Shown here one piece after another: positions 40,276 through 53,049 of a DNA stretch of 64,000 nt (positions are counted from its first letter, which is position 1; each line of letters begins with the position of its first letter). Origin of the DNA: Utricularia gibba. Taxonomy: Eukaryota; Plantae; Magnoliophyta. Both the position numbers and the translations under genes were made by a program. The notes beneath the pieces were generated by a model. It worked only from the letters and a program-made list of their open reading frames with translations. It did no database searches and was not told where the DNA came from. The stretch covers positions 434,001 through 498,000 of the forward strand of contig NEEC01000011.1 of assembly GCA_002189035.1 (NCBI GenBank), written 5' to 3'.

Positions 40276-41301
40276 CCTGACTTACGACATGTGAGAGTCT
40301 GCAGTAATGATTGGGTACTAACTTGCACGTAAAAGAAAGCTGGTGGTACACGCAAGACAGAAGAAATGATGGGAATGGGAACAGAAGGAGTTAATGCACG
40401 TGGGGAGTGATATAAAATCAACTTGGGACACTTATTTTCGGACTTTTTTTCACACTTTTACTAAGACTTAGAACTTTTGGGTTCTTCCTCTCCTCCAAGG
40501 AGGAAGAACATCTTAGCTTTCATTTTCGTTTCTATTTTCATGGCCCTTTTTGGCTAAACTCTTTTAGTTTCTGGGAATAGATGAAGTTTCCTTCAAAGTC
40601 TTGAGCAATAAACTCGGTTTTTCGCTGAATTCATTTCGGATTTCGCATACTTCTATGCATCTTGTTGTAGTCTTTCTATAACGACTCATAGTCACGGTCC
40701 ATGAGTAGCAGGCCACTCCTCATGGATTTTGATGAAGAGCAAGGTGAAGAGAACCAACTCCAACCCTATCAATTCGAGGGAAGTAGTGAATTGTTTGTAA
40801 CTAAGGTACCGCGACAGCGGACAGGTAGTGACCTCGTACCTGCCACTGGTCATTGGCAACAGTTGGGCACACGTGCACAATTTGGTTTTGAAGGCAATCA
40901 TTGACAATCTTCTTGTTTTTTCAATCATCCAAGGGGGAATCACATGAGGCTATTCCCGTGCCTCCTTGTCAATCAAAGTGTAAGGGAGAGTAGGCTATTC
41001 TTTGCTCCTATAACCAATTATTCAGAAGGAATCAGTGAAAGTCGAGGCAATGATAGATGAAAGGAGGAAACAGAGTCCATTTCCTAAGAACTGCAACCCT
41101 TAGTCAAGATCTATTACTTAGGTTGTAACTTTTATTCTTGTATTTCAAAAACCTCTTTTTACAAATCCGTGATAATTTGTGAAAGTTTTCTACAAAACAC
41201 TTTTCGCAAAACTCAACTCTTTTAGATCGATACTCGTACTACACTATTTTGTGTTTTAGGTTTTATATATTTAAAGTTTGTTGAGGAAACGACACTCAAC
41301 A
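40276..41301 (+). mobile_element. 5'-truncated LTR (family B) inside the hAT transposase
   Basis: Homologous to 56654-57880 and to the reverse complement of 59514-62319. Ends GGAAACGACACTCAACA. The hAT coding sequence between the HT(G) motif and the C..H.LNL motif is missing at the left junction. Confidence 0.8.
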
Positions 41302-44300
41302 TCTAGTGTGAAAATGATCTCATTGTTAGAAAGCTATTATCCTTTTGTTGATCATCCACTTCTCATCGATCCAACTATAAGTTATTGCAATATAACTTTC
41401 TTGATTGATTGCCTTCCAACCATCACATGTTAGAGCAAATGGACATTTCAAAGAAGAAAAATGTGAAATCAATTCACACTTAAAAATCTGAAATTGATCA
41501 AGAGTAATGCTGCAATATTTCTTTCTAGAGATAGGCACAAAATTGGGTTGTAAAAAAGTGTGAATAAAATAAGTAAATGCATCATTTTCAACAACAGAAA
41601 AAGGCAATTCCTGGGAAATTATCCAACGAACCATACCAACATGCATTTTTTTACTATCTCAAACAAATCTTCCACCAAGAGTTCCTCCTTCAATATTTAA
41701 ACATGTTTGCTTACCACTAGAATCATATTTATCAACATGTTTTTCTCTAATATGCTTCAAAAGAGTACCAATACCCTCATTTTTTTTTCTGTTTATAAAC
41801 TTTACTACAATGTTTACAAATAGCCTCTTCCTTTTCAATATTATACATATAATGATCTCTCCAGTAAATATCACCAGCAACCTCTTTCCCCCTACATTGT
41901 TTTCTAGAAACATGCGACTCACATGCCATAGAATCAATATTCTCATTTTCTGAAACATCAATAGGATTAACAATATTTTCTAAACTAGTAGGAGACCCCA
42001 CAGATGTATTCGAAGTCATTTTTCAAAAGAACAAACTATATAAAAGAACTCTAACAATGAAAATTCAGAGATATTATGAAACTAAAATAATGGATAAAAA
42101 CCAAATGGATTGATGAAATAGTACCCGATTTTGTAGTACAAAACTTTGAGTTGATCGAAATCTCGTGAAGCACTGCAAAAACACTAAAAATCATAGAGGG
42201 AAAAGGTGATTAGGGTTTCTGCATCATTAACGTTAACAAATTGGGTGGACTGAATTTAATAATTATATTAAAAAAAGTAAATGCATGCACATGAGAAAAG
42301 CTTATGATTGTCATAAATGCCTATTAATATTTTTAATATTTTGAAATATAACCCATGGGTTTACCCATGGGTCAATATAGTAACCCGAACCGAATTGAGT
42401 ATATTGGGTTCGAATTATAGGTTTTACCCATAATGTAACGGTTATGGGTTCGAATTGAGTTTTTTGTGGGTTGACTCGACCGGTTTGCGGGTTAAACCAA
42501 ACCCATGCCTCTCTCTAGCCTGGCCCATGTCCCTCCTCACTCTCTCTCTCTTTCTCACTCTCCCACACATCACATATGCTTCATTCTTCTTGACCACCAC
42601 TGATGAATGTTGGGAATGGGGTTGCTAAATGTCACGGTTTAGCACATTCAACGTATTAAAAGAAATTTATAAACCAAGCTAGTCTACTACACAAATCACA
42701 AGAATTAATGTAGTATGGCAAGCAAGGGTCGAATCCACAGGCAATGGTTGTAATTTTCTGAAGTTTACACATTTACTAAAAACATGGGGATTTTCTGGGA
42801 TTTAAGTGTAATGCGGGTAAGACGTAAAATAACAGTTACTGGAATAAACGAGTTGCAGGGATGAAGAGGGACTGAAATTAACGTGAAAGTGCATAAAACA
42901 TAAAATAAAAGTAATTTGGCTGGGTTTTACACCAGGGTCTAGCTCTTGTGTCACTCAAGAGAGCCCTTAGGCTTAAACCCAGCTTGGAACGCTTGAAAAC
43001 AGAGTAATAGTTTGCAGAAACACAGCATGGTTCGCAGGAACAGTAAAAGCGCGTTAAACTTAAAGGAAAACATGAAAAGCTTAAACAACAGCATGTTCAT
43101 AAGTTAAAATAAGGTCTCCAACTAGTTTCTCGTTCACAACAGGGTACCGAAACACAACAGAAAGCGTAAAAACGACGACAATAACAGTAGGAAGTTCACG
43201 CAGAAAAGGGAGTGTAGAAATCTGTAAATAAAAGTTGCAGGATGCTTCTGTGGGCTGTGGATCTGCTGGAAATCGAAGTTCTGGCCGGAACGGTGGTGTG
43301 GACACGTAGATCTGGAGGTCGCTGGAGACTTTCGCCGGAGAAACGACGTTCTCCTTGCTCCCCTCGCTCCTGTTTGCTATCTGTGCACTCTGCGTGCACA
43401 GTGTACTCTCTTTCTTCTCTCCCTTCCTTTTCACTTTTGCAGCTCAAAATTAAGGGTAGCATTGTACTTTCCTCAATCTTCTAGAAGGGAGATCTCTTCT
43501 TCAAATCTTATCTTTTCAGAAGGGCGGCTACTTTCGGCGGAAAGTGACTTTTGTACAGCTTTTCTGTCTCGTTTGACTTGTCAATGCGGAAAGTGCGCTG
43601 CTACAGTACTAACTCTTACCCTGATAAGACTTAAAACATAGACTAGACGAAATATTAGAGTTTTCGGCTCAATTGTTGCCAATTGAGCCTGTTTTCACAA
43701 TAAACATATTTCAATAGTCTAAATATGCAAAAGAAGACATATTTGCACCATAAGCAACATTTAACCCTACAAAACACACTTAAAAACATATATAAAAACA
43801 CAATAAAAACGGAAAATATCTCTATTCATGCTGAGGCAAAGAAAAGGTTTCGATTCATGCTATCCATGCAAGGAGTGAAGAGATGAGGTAGCAAGTGCGG
43901 GTAAGAATAGTGTCACTCAAGCACAGATAGTAGAAGTTACTCGTATGCTTCAAGTGTTCAAAAATCACATCTGCACGGGCACGAACTTGATCCTAATAGG
44001 TAGTGGCAGACTAACAGTGACATGTATGGGTTTTACCTTGCAACACACATACGACTTGTAACAAGAATGATGGCTGAAAATGAAAATGATGCACATGAAG
44101 GTACTAAACAAGAACATAGAGACTTGAGAACTCTTCCACTACGACTTAGTCACATTCCCCTCCTGTGTTCATCCTTATTCCTCCTAGAGTGGTTGGCCAG
44201 ACCACTGAATATGTTCAGGGAAAATGATGAGTTTATAGTGTCTAAGCCTCAAACTCTTATTTTGTATAAGATATAATTTTTTTACAGCATGGCTTTTCTG

Positions 44301-45228
44301 GTGTGCCTGTCTTTTGTACCTCTCTGCCTTTTTTTTTTTTTTTTTTTTTTTTTTACATATAGCTCGGCTTTTTTTTAGATTTGAGCTTGCCTTTTATCAT
44401 TGAAAATTTTTTATGTGCATCAGCCACGATCTATGTGTCTAACTCAGCACTCCTCAAACATCCACATACTAGCAGGCCACATACAAGCTATTCACAAGAA
44501 AAACCTAGTGCAGATAGAGCAAAACACAGGTTGCATGCATGCACTTTTCTACAAAATCTGGCTACCCTCATATAAGTCTTACGCAGGTAAGAACTAAAAA
44601 GGCTGAGTCCTCACAGAAGCGAAGAGGTAGGTATCCTACATGTCTAGAATGAACCGAAATTCCTAAACATGCTCAGCAGTACTCAAGGCAACAAAAGAAA
44701 GACAAACAACTACAAAACACATGCAAAGACTCATAAAACACAGAACAAAATTTACAAAACAAAGAGGGTAAAGGTCAATCAAGGCTTAGGAGGAACAGTA
44801 GGACTTACGCATGTCTGTAAGTCAAGCAGGGTCTCCAAATACATCTTCAGGGTTCCTACAATTCTTGTCAACTGACGAATTTCCTTCAAGCAGCAGTAGG
44901 GGCTGCACTCTTGGGACTACCCTCACCGGGGGTTCTGAAATTTCCTGGTCCTCAAGGAAATCCGCATAAATGAGGTTTGGTGTGAGTGGGGGTCCATGGA
45001 AGGGTCGCAATGTTCTGAGAAAGGAAGGAATGTGCGCAAGAGAGAAAGTAGTTGTTGGAAGAAGGGTTTCCCACTCTTTTTGAATTGAACCCACTAGGCC
45101 TATGTAACTAAAAATAAAGAAAGAGTTGCAACTACACAGGATATGGGCCATTGCATCAGAAACTAACAGTGGGACAAACAAATTCAAGAAGATAACTGAT
45201 TGCAACCTCACAAAAGCAAAATGCATAA

Positions 45229-48200
45229 CTAAAAGTGCAAAAAGAAAATAAAAATGCACAAAGGAAATAAAAGTAGAAAATACTGGTTACCTCCTAGCGA
45301 GGACCCTAGAATAAGTGTTAGGGTAAGACTTAAGTGCAGAATCATAATACCTTTTAATGCCACAGCATCCACAGGGTGTCCCACTTCATCTATCATAAGC
45401 TTATGGAACACTTTTAATCTGTGCCCATTCACAGTGAATGAGCTATGCATGTCTCTATCAAACAACTTAATGGAACCATTGGGATTCACATGTTTAATCA
45501 CAAAAGGTCCTTCCCAACGAGATTTCAGTTTACCTGGGTGAAGTTTGAGTTTAGATTGAAATAATAATACCTTTTGCCCAGGTTCAAAGTGTTTTCTCAA
45601 GATCTGGCGGACATGGAACTGCTTCGTGCGTTCCTTGAAGATTTTTGAATTCTTGTAGGCCTCATGTCTTAGTTCATCAAGCTTTGAAAGTTGGAGCTTT
45701 CTCAAATCACCACTATCTTGAATCTCCAAGTTCACTCGCTAGATCGCCCATCGTGCCTTCTGCTCTAATTCAATGGGCAAATGGCAATGTTTACCATATA
45801 CAAGACGAAAAGGAGACATACCGATGGGGGTTTTGAAGGTTGTGCGAATTGCCCACAAGGTGTCATTCAGCTTGGAGCTCCAATCCTTGCGAGAAGAAGT
45901 CACAGTCTTTTCCAGAATTTGCTTGATCTCCCGATTGGAAACTTCTGCCTGCCCATTGGTCTGAGGATGGTAAGAGTTAGATGGCTTGTACCAGACTCCA
46001 TAGCTTTTCAACAGTCTCTCCATAGCCTTGTTAAAGAAATGGCTTCCACGATCACTGATCAAGGCTTTAGGTGTTCCAAACCTCACGAAGATGTTATTCT
46101 TTAGAAAACGTATGACTGAATGAGTATCTTGTGACTTGGTGGGAATTGCCTCTATCCACTTTGAAACATAGTCCACTGCCACCAGAATATACTCTTAGCC
46201 ATCAGAGTTCGGAAAGGGGCCCATGAAGTCGATACCCCACACGTCGAACACTTCTGGAACAACAATTGGCTGCATTGGCATTTCGTGTCGATTGGAGATA
46301 TTCCCTGTTCTCTGGCAGTTCTCGCAGCTCTTACAGTAAGACTTGGCATCTTTGAAAACTGTTGGCCAATAATAACCACAATCCAGCACCTTCTTGGCTG
46401 TATGGTTAGGACCATGGTGCCCTCCACAAGGGGATGCATGACAGAAAGCCAATACTTGCTGAATATCATCTTCGGCCAAGCAGCGTCGCACAACACCATC
46501 GGCACAATTTTTCCACAGATAGGGGTCATCCCAGAAATAGTGCTTACTCTCACTCTTCAACTTCAGCTTCTCATAACTCTTTAAGTCCAAAGCCATCTCT
46601 CCAGTGCATAGGTAGTTGGCTATGTCAGCATACCATGGTTCACTAGTCTTACCTACATCAGCCTTAATTGCGCAGATTTGTTCATCTGGAAATTCTTCAA
46701 CAATTGGAACACCATCCATGCGTTGCTCGATTCTACTAAGATGGTCTGCAACTTCATTGAGCTTCCCAGGCTTATCCCTGATTTCCACATTGAACTCTTG
46801 CAGCAATAAGACCCACCTCATAAGCCTTGGTTTGGTCTCCTTCTTAGACATGAGGTGTTTGATGGCGGCATGGTCTGTGTGCACAATCACCGTGTTGCCC
46901 AACAAATAGCTTCTGAACTTTTCCAAGGCAAATACCACAGCTAGCATCTCCTTCTCGGTTATAGTGTAATTTGCTTGAGCATTATCCAAGGTTTTGGAAG
47001 CATAGCTGATAACAGTGTCTTTTCCATCAAGTTTCTGGCCTAACATAGCTCCTACTGCATAATTGGATGCATCAGTCATCACATGGAAGGGCTCTCTCCA
47101 TATGGGCGCTTGTATGATAGGAGCTGATGTCACTGCTGCCTTGAGAGTGTCAAAAGCAAGCTTACATTCATCTGAAAAAATAAACTCAACATCTTTTTGC
47201 AAGAGGTTAGTCAATGGTCGAGCAATTTGAGAAAATTCCTTAATAAACCTCCTGTAAAATCCAACATGGCCTAAAAATGCACGAACTCCTCTTTCATCAT
47301 GTGGATATGGTAAACCAGAAATAGTACTTACCTTAGCAGGATCTACCGTAAGACCTGCTTCAGAAACAACATGCCCAAGTACAATTCCTTGGCATACGAA
47401 GAAATGGCATTTTTCAGAGTTCAAAACTAAATCTTTCTCAACACAACGTTTCAAAACAAGTTTTAAATGATTCAAACAATCATCAAAGCTAGTCCCATGC
47501 ACAATAAAGTCATCCATGAATACTTCAATGAAATCATCAATATAATCCGAAAAAATGCTGGTGACACACCTTTGAAACGTCGCTGGGGCGTTGCAGAGGC
47601 CAAATGGCATCTTCTTGTACACATATGTGCCAAAGGGACAGGTAAAGGTCATCTTTTCTTGATCATTCGGTGCCACAGCAACCTGATTATACCCTGAGTA
47701 CCCATCAAGAAAGCAATAAAAACTCTTACCACTCAACCTGTCCAACATTTGGTCAACGAAGGGTAGAGGGTAGTGATCCTTGTTACTTCGTTCAGCTTTC
47801 TGTAGTCAATACATACCCTCCAACCATTTTGAACTCGCATCGCCACCTTCTTTCCATCAGCATCTTCGACAACTATAATTCCTGTCTTTTTAGGGACTAC
47901 ATGGATAGGACTTACCCACGTACTATCAGAAATCGGGTAAATCACTCCAGCTTTCAATAGCTTTTGAATTTCCTTCTTTCACAACCTCCATGAGGGTCGG
48001 ATTAAGCCTTCTCTGAGGTTGTGTAACTAGTTTTGCTCCGTCTTCAAGATAAATCCTATGCATTGTGACAGAAGAGCTAATTCCAGTTATATCATCCAGC
48101 GTCCAGCCAATAGCCTTGCTGTTAGCCTTGAGAACGTCCATCAACTTCGTCTCTTCTTCACAAGAAAGATTAGCACTAATAATCACTGGCTTTGAATTGT

Positions 48201-50797
48201 CACCAATAAATGCATACTTGAGATGTGAAGGCAAGGGTTTCAATTCTGGTGATGCAACACTAGTCACCTCTCCAAGCTTCACCAAGTCTTTATCTTCAAT
48301 GAAACATTCCAGAATTACATGCTCAGCTTACTCCTCTTCGAGTTCAACATCTTGTCTAAACAATTCAAGAATATCATGCTGCTCTTCATCAAAAACTTCC
48401 TCTACTAATTCATCAATGACATCAACTCCAGTCACAGGTGCAAAATCATCAGGGAAATTTTCAGCTTCATTGGTCTTAAAGATAGAAATATCATCAACAT
48501 AACCAATAGTAATGGCTCCTTTCCTACAATCAATTTGAGCATTTGCAGTAGCTAAGAAAGAGTGTCCTAGAATTAAAGTATTATCATTCACCCTAGCTGG
48601 AGGCATTTTAACAACAACAAAATCGCAAGGATAACAGGTGTTAGAAACTCTAACAAGAACATCTTCAGCAATACCATCCAGAATGGCCACGGATTTGGTT
48701 GCAAGTTGTAATTTCAAGTTGGTTGGCCTGAGGGGTTCCAAATCCAGTGCCAAATAAACTTCATAAGGCATCATGTTGATTGAAGCGCCTTGATCTGCCA
48801 TTGCCCTGCTGATAAATTTAGTTCCTACCTGAATAGGAACAAAAAATGTTCCAGGGTCTGGACATTTTTCCGGCATTTGCTGTGTCAGGTAGGCTGAGAC
48901 TTGAGTACTGACTTTCACTTCTTCATCCTTGCTCTTCCTCTTCGAACTACACAGGTCTTTCAATACTTTCATCCCTTTCGGCACTTGCCTTAAATAATCT
49001 ACAGCCTTCATGGTGATCATCGCACAGTCTAAAGCTGAGATTATGGAGTCTTTCTCTTCTTGCCTTGCTCGAGCTTGTAATCTTCCAGGAAAAGGAGGTT
49101 TCCTCTTGATCTCAACAGCAGGTTCCCTTGCTGTTTTTCCTTGTGTCCTATCCTCTGAATTAACTTCAGGACCTTCAGCCACTTTGCTTTGACTTGCAGG
49201 GGCCTTCCTGTCAGTTAGTTGCTTCCCCCCACGAAAGTCAATAGCATAAATATTTGCTTTCGGATTGGCATTTGGCTGAGAGGGTAGTTTCCCTGAATTT
49301 CCTTTCAGTTCAGCGAGCTCTGTAGCAAGTTGGCCAATTTTTCTCTCAAGACTCTTCATCATCTTCTCAGATTCAGCATCCCTTTTGGTTTGTTCAGCAT
49401 TCCTTTTGGCTTGTTCAGCATCACGTCTGGCCATGTTTTCCATCATCATCTTCATCATTTCTTCAGTTGAAGGAGGTGGTTTAGTACTTGAAGTGCTTGG
49501 CTGGTCGACTCTATGATGTGGGGGCTGATAAGGCTTGCTTTGATATCTATTCCCTGCTGAACACTCTGTCCTTGCTGAAACGAAATTGGTGGTACTGTTT
49601 GCTGCTGCGATTGAGTAAATCCTAGATGCTCTGGATTTTCAACATTGGTGCTTCTCGAGTTGAAATTGGGATGACTCCTCATAGGCTCGAATCGTTGATC
49701 ACTCTTGGGCTTGAAATAATCAGCTTTGTTATTCATGTACCCCATTGCATTCACTCCTTCAAGTGGTTCTTCCAGATTTCCTTTCATGGAGCAATGGTCA
49801 GAAGTATGTCCCAGAATGCCACAGATTTCAATAGGCACGGATTTTGCATGAACAAGAAATAATCCTTTCACCATATCCTTCAATTTAGCAATATCCTTGT
49901 CCTGCCTTGCTGCTTCATCTTCTCTTAGCACTCCCATCTCATTCACTTGTCGCTGGGCTCGAGATCGGAACTGAGAATGTCTCATTCACTTGTCACTTGT
50001 CCAACCATTTCTTTAATTTTCTCCCAGCCTTCAGATGGGGTAAGAGCCCTCATATTCCCATGTGCAGCAGAATCCAACTCATCTCTTTGGGCAATAGTCA
50101 AGCCTTTCAAAAAACACTTCACTTGCTTTAATTTATCAAATCCATGATGTGGGCAGCTCGTAAGGAGAGTTGTGAACCTGTCCCAATACTCATGTAGAGG
50201 CTCATCATAATCCTGAAAAATATTTTCAATTTTGCGTCGAATTTCGTTTGCTCTAGAGGTAGGAAAAAACTTATTTAAAAATGCTTTCTTTATTTCCATC
50301 CAACTTCTAATACTTTCAGGTTCAAGTGTGTTGAACCAAGTCTTGGCATGCCCTTCAAGAGTAAATTGGAAGACTCTAAGTAGTAAATCATCCTCAGTCA
50401 CGTCCTTGGGTCGCAGCACAGCTCCAACAGCAATACAATCATAAATATGCATATGCGGATCCTCATTCTTGTTCCCATAATACTTAGGAAACAGAGCAAG
50501 GGTTCCTGGCCTCAACTCCAAATTAATTGCTGCTGTAGGAAGAGTAATGTAGTGCCCTCGATATGTATGATCTGGTGACTCATACTCTCCAATAGTCTTC
50601 TCCAAAATATTCACAAGCTGTTGGTTATTTGGTGGGTTGTCAGCCATCTCTTTGGCTCTCAACTTAGCCTCTTGCTGACTTTGTTTGTGCTTCTTTCTTA
50701 GTAATTTTTCGGTCCTCTCGATCTCCAAATCAAGGGGTTCAAGTGGACCTACAAAGAACGTAAATGCATTAACAACAGAGAAATTAACAGACACCAT
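45229..50797 (-). pseudogene. Athila gag-pol with in-frame stops and frameshifts
   Basis: Gag FPKYYGNKNEDPHMH..FQFTLEGHAKTWF, protease [43 protein letters not shown], RNase [14 protein letters not shown], integrase [32 protein letters not shown] and GPF motif. Stops at 48328, 46195 and 45739. Frameshifts near 49985, 49550, 47965 and 47780. Confidence 0.93.
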
Positions 50798-50815
50798 TCC
50801 TCGGCAACGACGCCA
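50798..50815 (-). other. Primer-binding site (tRNA-Asp type) of the Athila element
   Basis: TGGCGTCGTTGCCGAGGA, 3 nt after the LTR-terminal CA. Two transitions relative to the canonical TGGCGCCGTTGCCGGGGA. Confidence 0.85.
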
Positions 50816-52004
50816 TTTTGATGAACGTTGGGAATGGGGTTGCTAAATGTCGCGGTTTAGCACATTTAACGCATCAAAAGAAATTTATTAACCAAGCTAA
50901 TCTACTACACAAATCACAAGAATTAATGTAGTGTGTCGAGCAAGGGAATAAACGAGTTGCAGGGATGAAGAGGGACTGAAATTAACGTGAAGGTGCATAA
51001 AACATAAAATAAAAGTAATTTGGCTGGGTTTTACACCAGGGTCTAGCTCTTGTGTCACTCAAGAGAGCCCTTAGGCTTAAACCCAGCTTGGAACGCTTGA
51101 AAACAGAGTAATAGTTTGCAGAAACACAGCATGGTTCGCAGGAACAGTAAAAGCGCGTTAAACTTAAAGGAAAACATGAAAAGCTTAAACAACAGCATGT
51201 TCATAAGTTAAAATAAGGTCTCCAACTAGTTTCTTGTTCACAACAGGGTACCGAAACACAACAGAAAGCGTAAAAACGACGACAATAACAGTAGGAAGTT
51301 CACGCAGAAAAGGGAGTGTAGAAATCTGTAAATAAAAGTTGCAGGATGCTTCTGTGGGCTGTGGATCTGCTGGAAATCGAAGTTCTGGCCGGAACGGTGG
51401 TGTGGACACGTAGATCTGGAGGTCGCTGGAGACTTTCGCCGGAGAAACGACGTTCTCCTTGCTCCCCTCACTCCTGTTTGCTATCTGTGCACTCTGCGTG
51501 CACAGTGTACTCTCTTTCTTCTCTCCCTTCCTTTTCACTTTTGCAGCTCAAAATTAAGGGTAGCATTGTACTTTCCTCAATCTTCTAGAAGGGAGATCTC
51601 TTCTTCAAATCTTATCTTTTCAGAAGGGCGGCTACTTTCGGCGGAAAGTGACTTTTGTACAGCTTTTCTGTCTCGTTTGACTTGTCAATGCGGAAAGTGC
51701 GCTGCTACAGTACTAACTCTTACCCTGATAAGACTTAAAACATAGACTAGACGAAATATTAGAGTTTTCGGCTCAATTGTTGCCAATTGAGCCTGTTTTC
51801 ACAATAAACATATTTCAATAGTCTAAATATGCAAAAGAAGACATATTTGCACCATAAGCAACATTTAACCCTACAAAACACACTTAAAAACATATATAAA
51901 AACACAATAAAAACGGTGTTATCAACCACCGTGTCTACTCTACTCTAGTGTCTACACCCATTCAGTCTGCTTATGCAAACACAAACCCATGTCTCAAGGT
52001 ACCA

Positions 52005-52715
52005 TGGGGGAGCTATGTTGGAACATATACACAAATGTGGGTCCAATTAGCAGCAGAGATGCAATAGATAAAGTTATGTGTATTAGCAATTATGTTTATT
52101 AATGAAACATGTAGTCATAGAGTAGTTTGTCTCTTTGATATAGTTATGAGGAGAATCATGGTATAAATAGCTCAAGTGTGTTATTTATTAGGTCTGCTTC
52201 TTATTGAGCATGCCTTGTTTGTTGTATTGACTACTAGGCTGCCTCGTCAAGCTGCCAATTGCTTATGTTGTAATATTTTAATTACAATAATGGAATTAAT
52301 GGAAGAGGAAATTAATCCAAAACTTGGCTTAGTCTTGGATTGTTGAAACTATAAGACTAGGAAATGGTGGAATTGACTAAACTTCCTAATTTTTGGAATT
52401 CAATTGCGTCTTATGTGATTATCCCTGCTCTATAAAAGGGGATATCTCTTTTCATAACAAACCATTTGAATCATGAGAATAGCTGATTAATCGAGTGATA
52501 AAAAATACCTTTAGGATATTAAATTACCTAGCTTATTGTTTTTGTTTTTGTGTATTCTTATTTATTTTCAGCCAATAATCTAACAATATTTCTGATGGCA
52601 TTTGATTCCATTATTGTTTCAAACAATATTACTTCTATTTCTACACCTATAGTCATCTTCTATGGACCACCAATCATACCAATGTGTATTTTCCAAAATA
52701 TAGCTCCCATCTTCA
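52005..52715. mobile_element. Short LTR-like remnants (possibly copia type), two related PPT+LTR starts in inverted orientation
   Basis: GGGGGAGCTATGTTGGAACATATACACA at ~52005 (+) resembles GATGGGAGCTATATTTTGGAAAATACACA at ~52710 (-). A TGTTG...TAACA segment with TATAAAA lies at 52341-52585 but has no matching TSD. Confidence 0.35.
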
Positions 52716-53049
52716 TTGATTGATTACTTGCGATCACTACTAGATTTCGTACCCATGTACCAGATGTCACTTCTGAATTCCTCTTTTTTTAATTTGAATG
52801 CAGCACAACCATCACAAAAACAATCTCCAAGTTTGAATGTTTTGACAGTCAATGCTTCTATAGGTAGCAAGATCGGATCTATGAATTCTTGGATATGTAT
52901 GGTGTTGCTTACCTTGAAAATCTCCAAACCAGATGTCTAAGATCTAGTTCACACAGATTGGGAATAGGCTAATCGGTTATGTTGTCATATGATTATCTTC
53001 ACCTTATAAAATTCTCTTTTCGATGTTTGCTTAGAATATAGAGATGCCA

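Larger units (their letters stand above)
37238..42517 (-). mobile_element. hAT (Ac/Tam3, BED-finger) DNA transposon, defective, carrying two LTR insertions
   Basis: Imperfect TIRs TAGAGATGGGGCTGGG and TAGAGAGAGGCATGGG (12/16). 8-bp TSD GCCCGGCC (37230-37237) vs GCCTGGCC (42518-42525). ACCC/GGGT subterminal repeats. Transposase fragments 42019 to 38024: BED finger CKHC..LLKHIREKH, LTCDGW, VLNLCVQD, VRTRWNATYDML and LLAWWK..ASKSAFSVGGR. Confidence 0.9.
42601..51924 (-). mobile_element. Near full-length Ty3/gypsy Athila-type LTR retrotransposon, defective
   Basis: TSD ACCAC at 42596-42600 and 51925-51929. 5' LTR 50819-51924; 3' LTR 42601-43812. tRNA-Asp-type PBS. Domain order gag-PR-RT-RH-INT. 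Confidence 0.95.

Noticed and set aside
44329-44354. T26 run suggesting a retroposed poly(A) tail
   Set aside because: It lies in the Athila 3' internal region, where A-rich tracts are common, and has no TSD or adjacent SINE/LINE body.
44822-45259. 145-aa ORF after pol as a candidate Athila env-like gene
   Set aside because: It begins in low-complexity sequence, is short, and shows no motif I can tie to env-like proteins. At most a decayed remnant.
43081-51588. Near-identical 117-, 88/77- and 80-aa ORFs at 43.1-43.5 kb and 51.2-51.6 kb (related ORFs at 39.3-39.8 kb)
   Set aside because: They lie within family-A LTRs. The duplication is explained by LTR identity, and the frames are not preserved in the solo copy.
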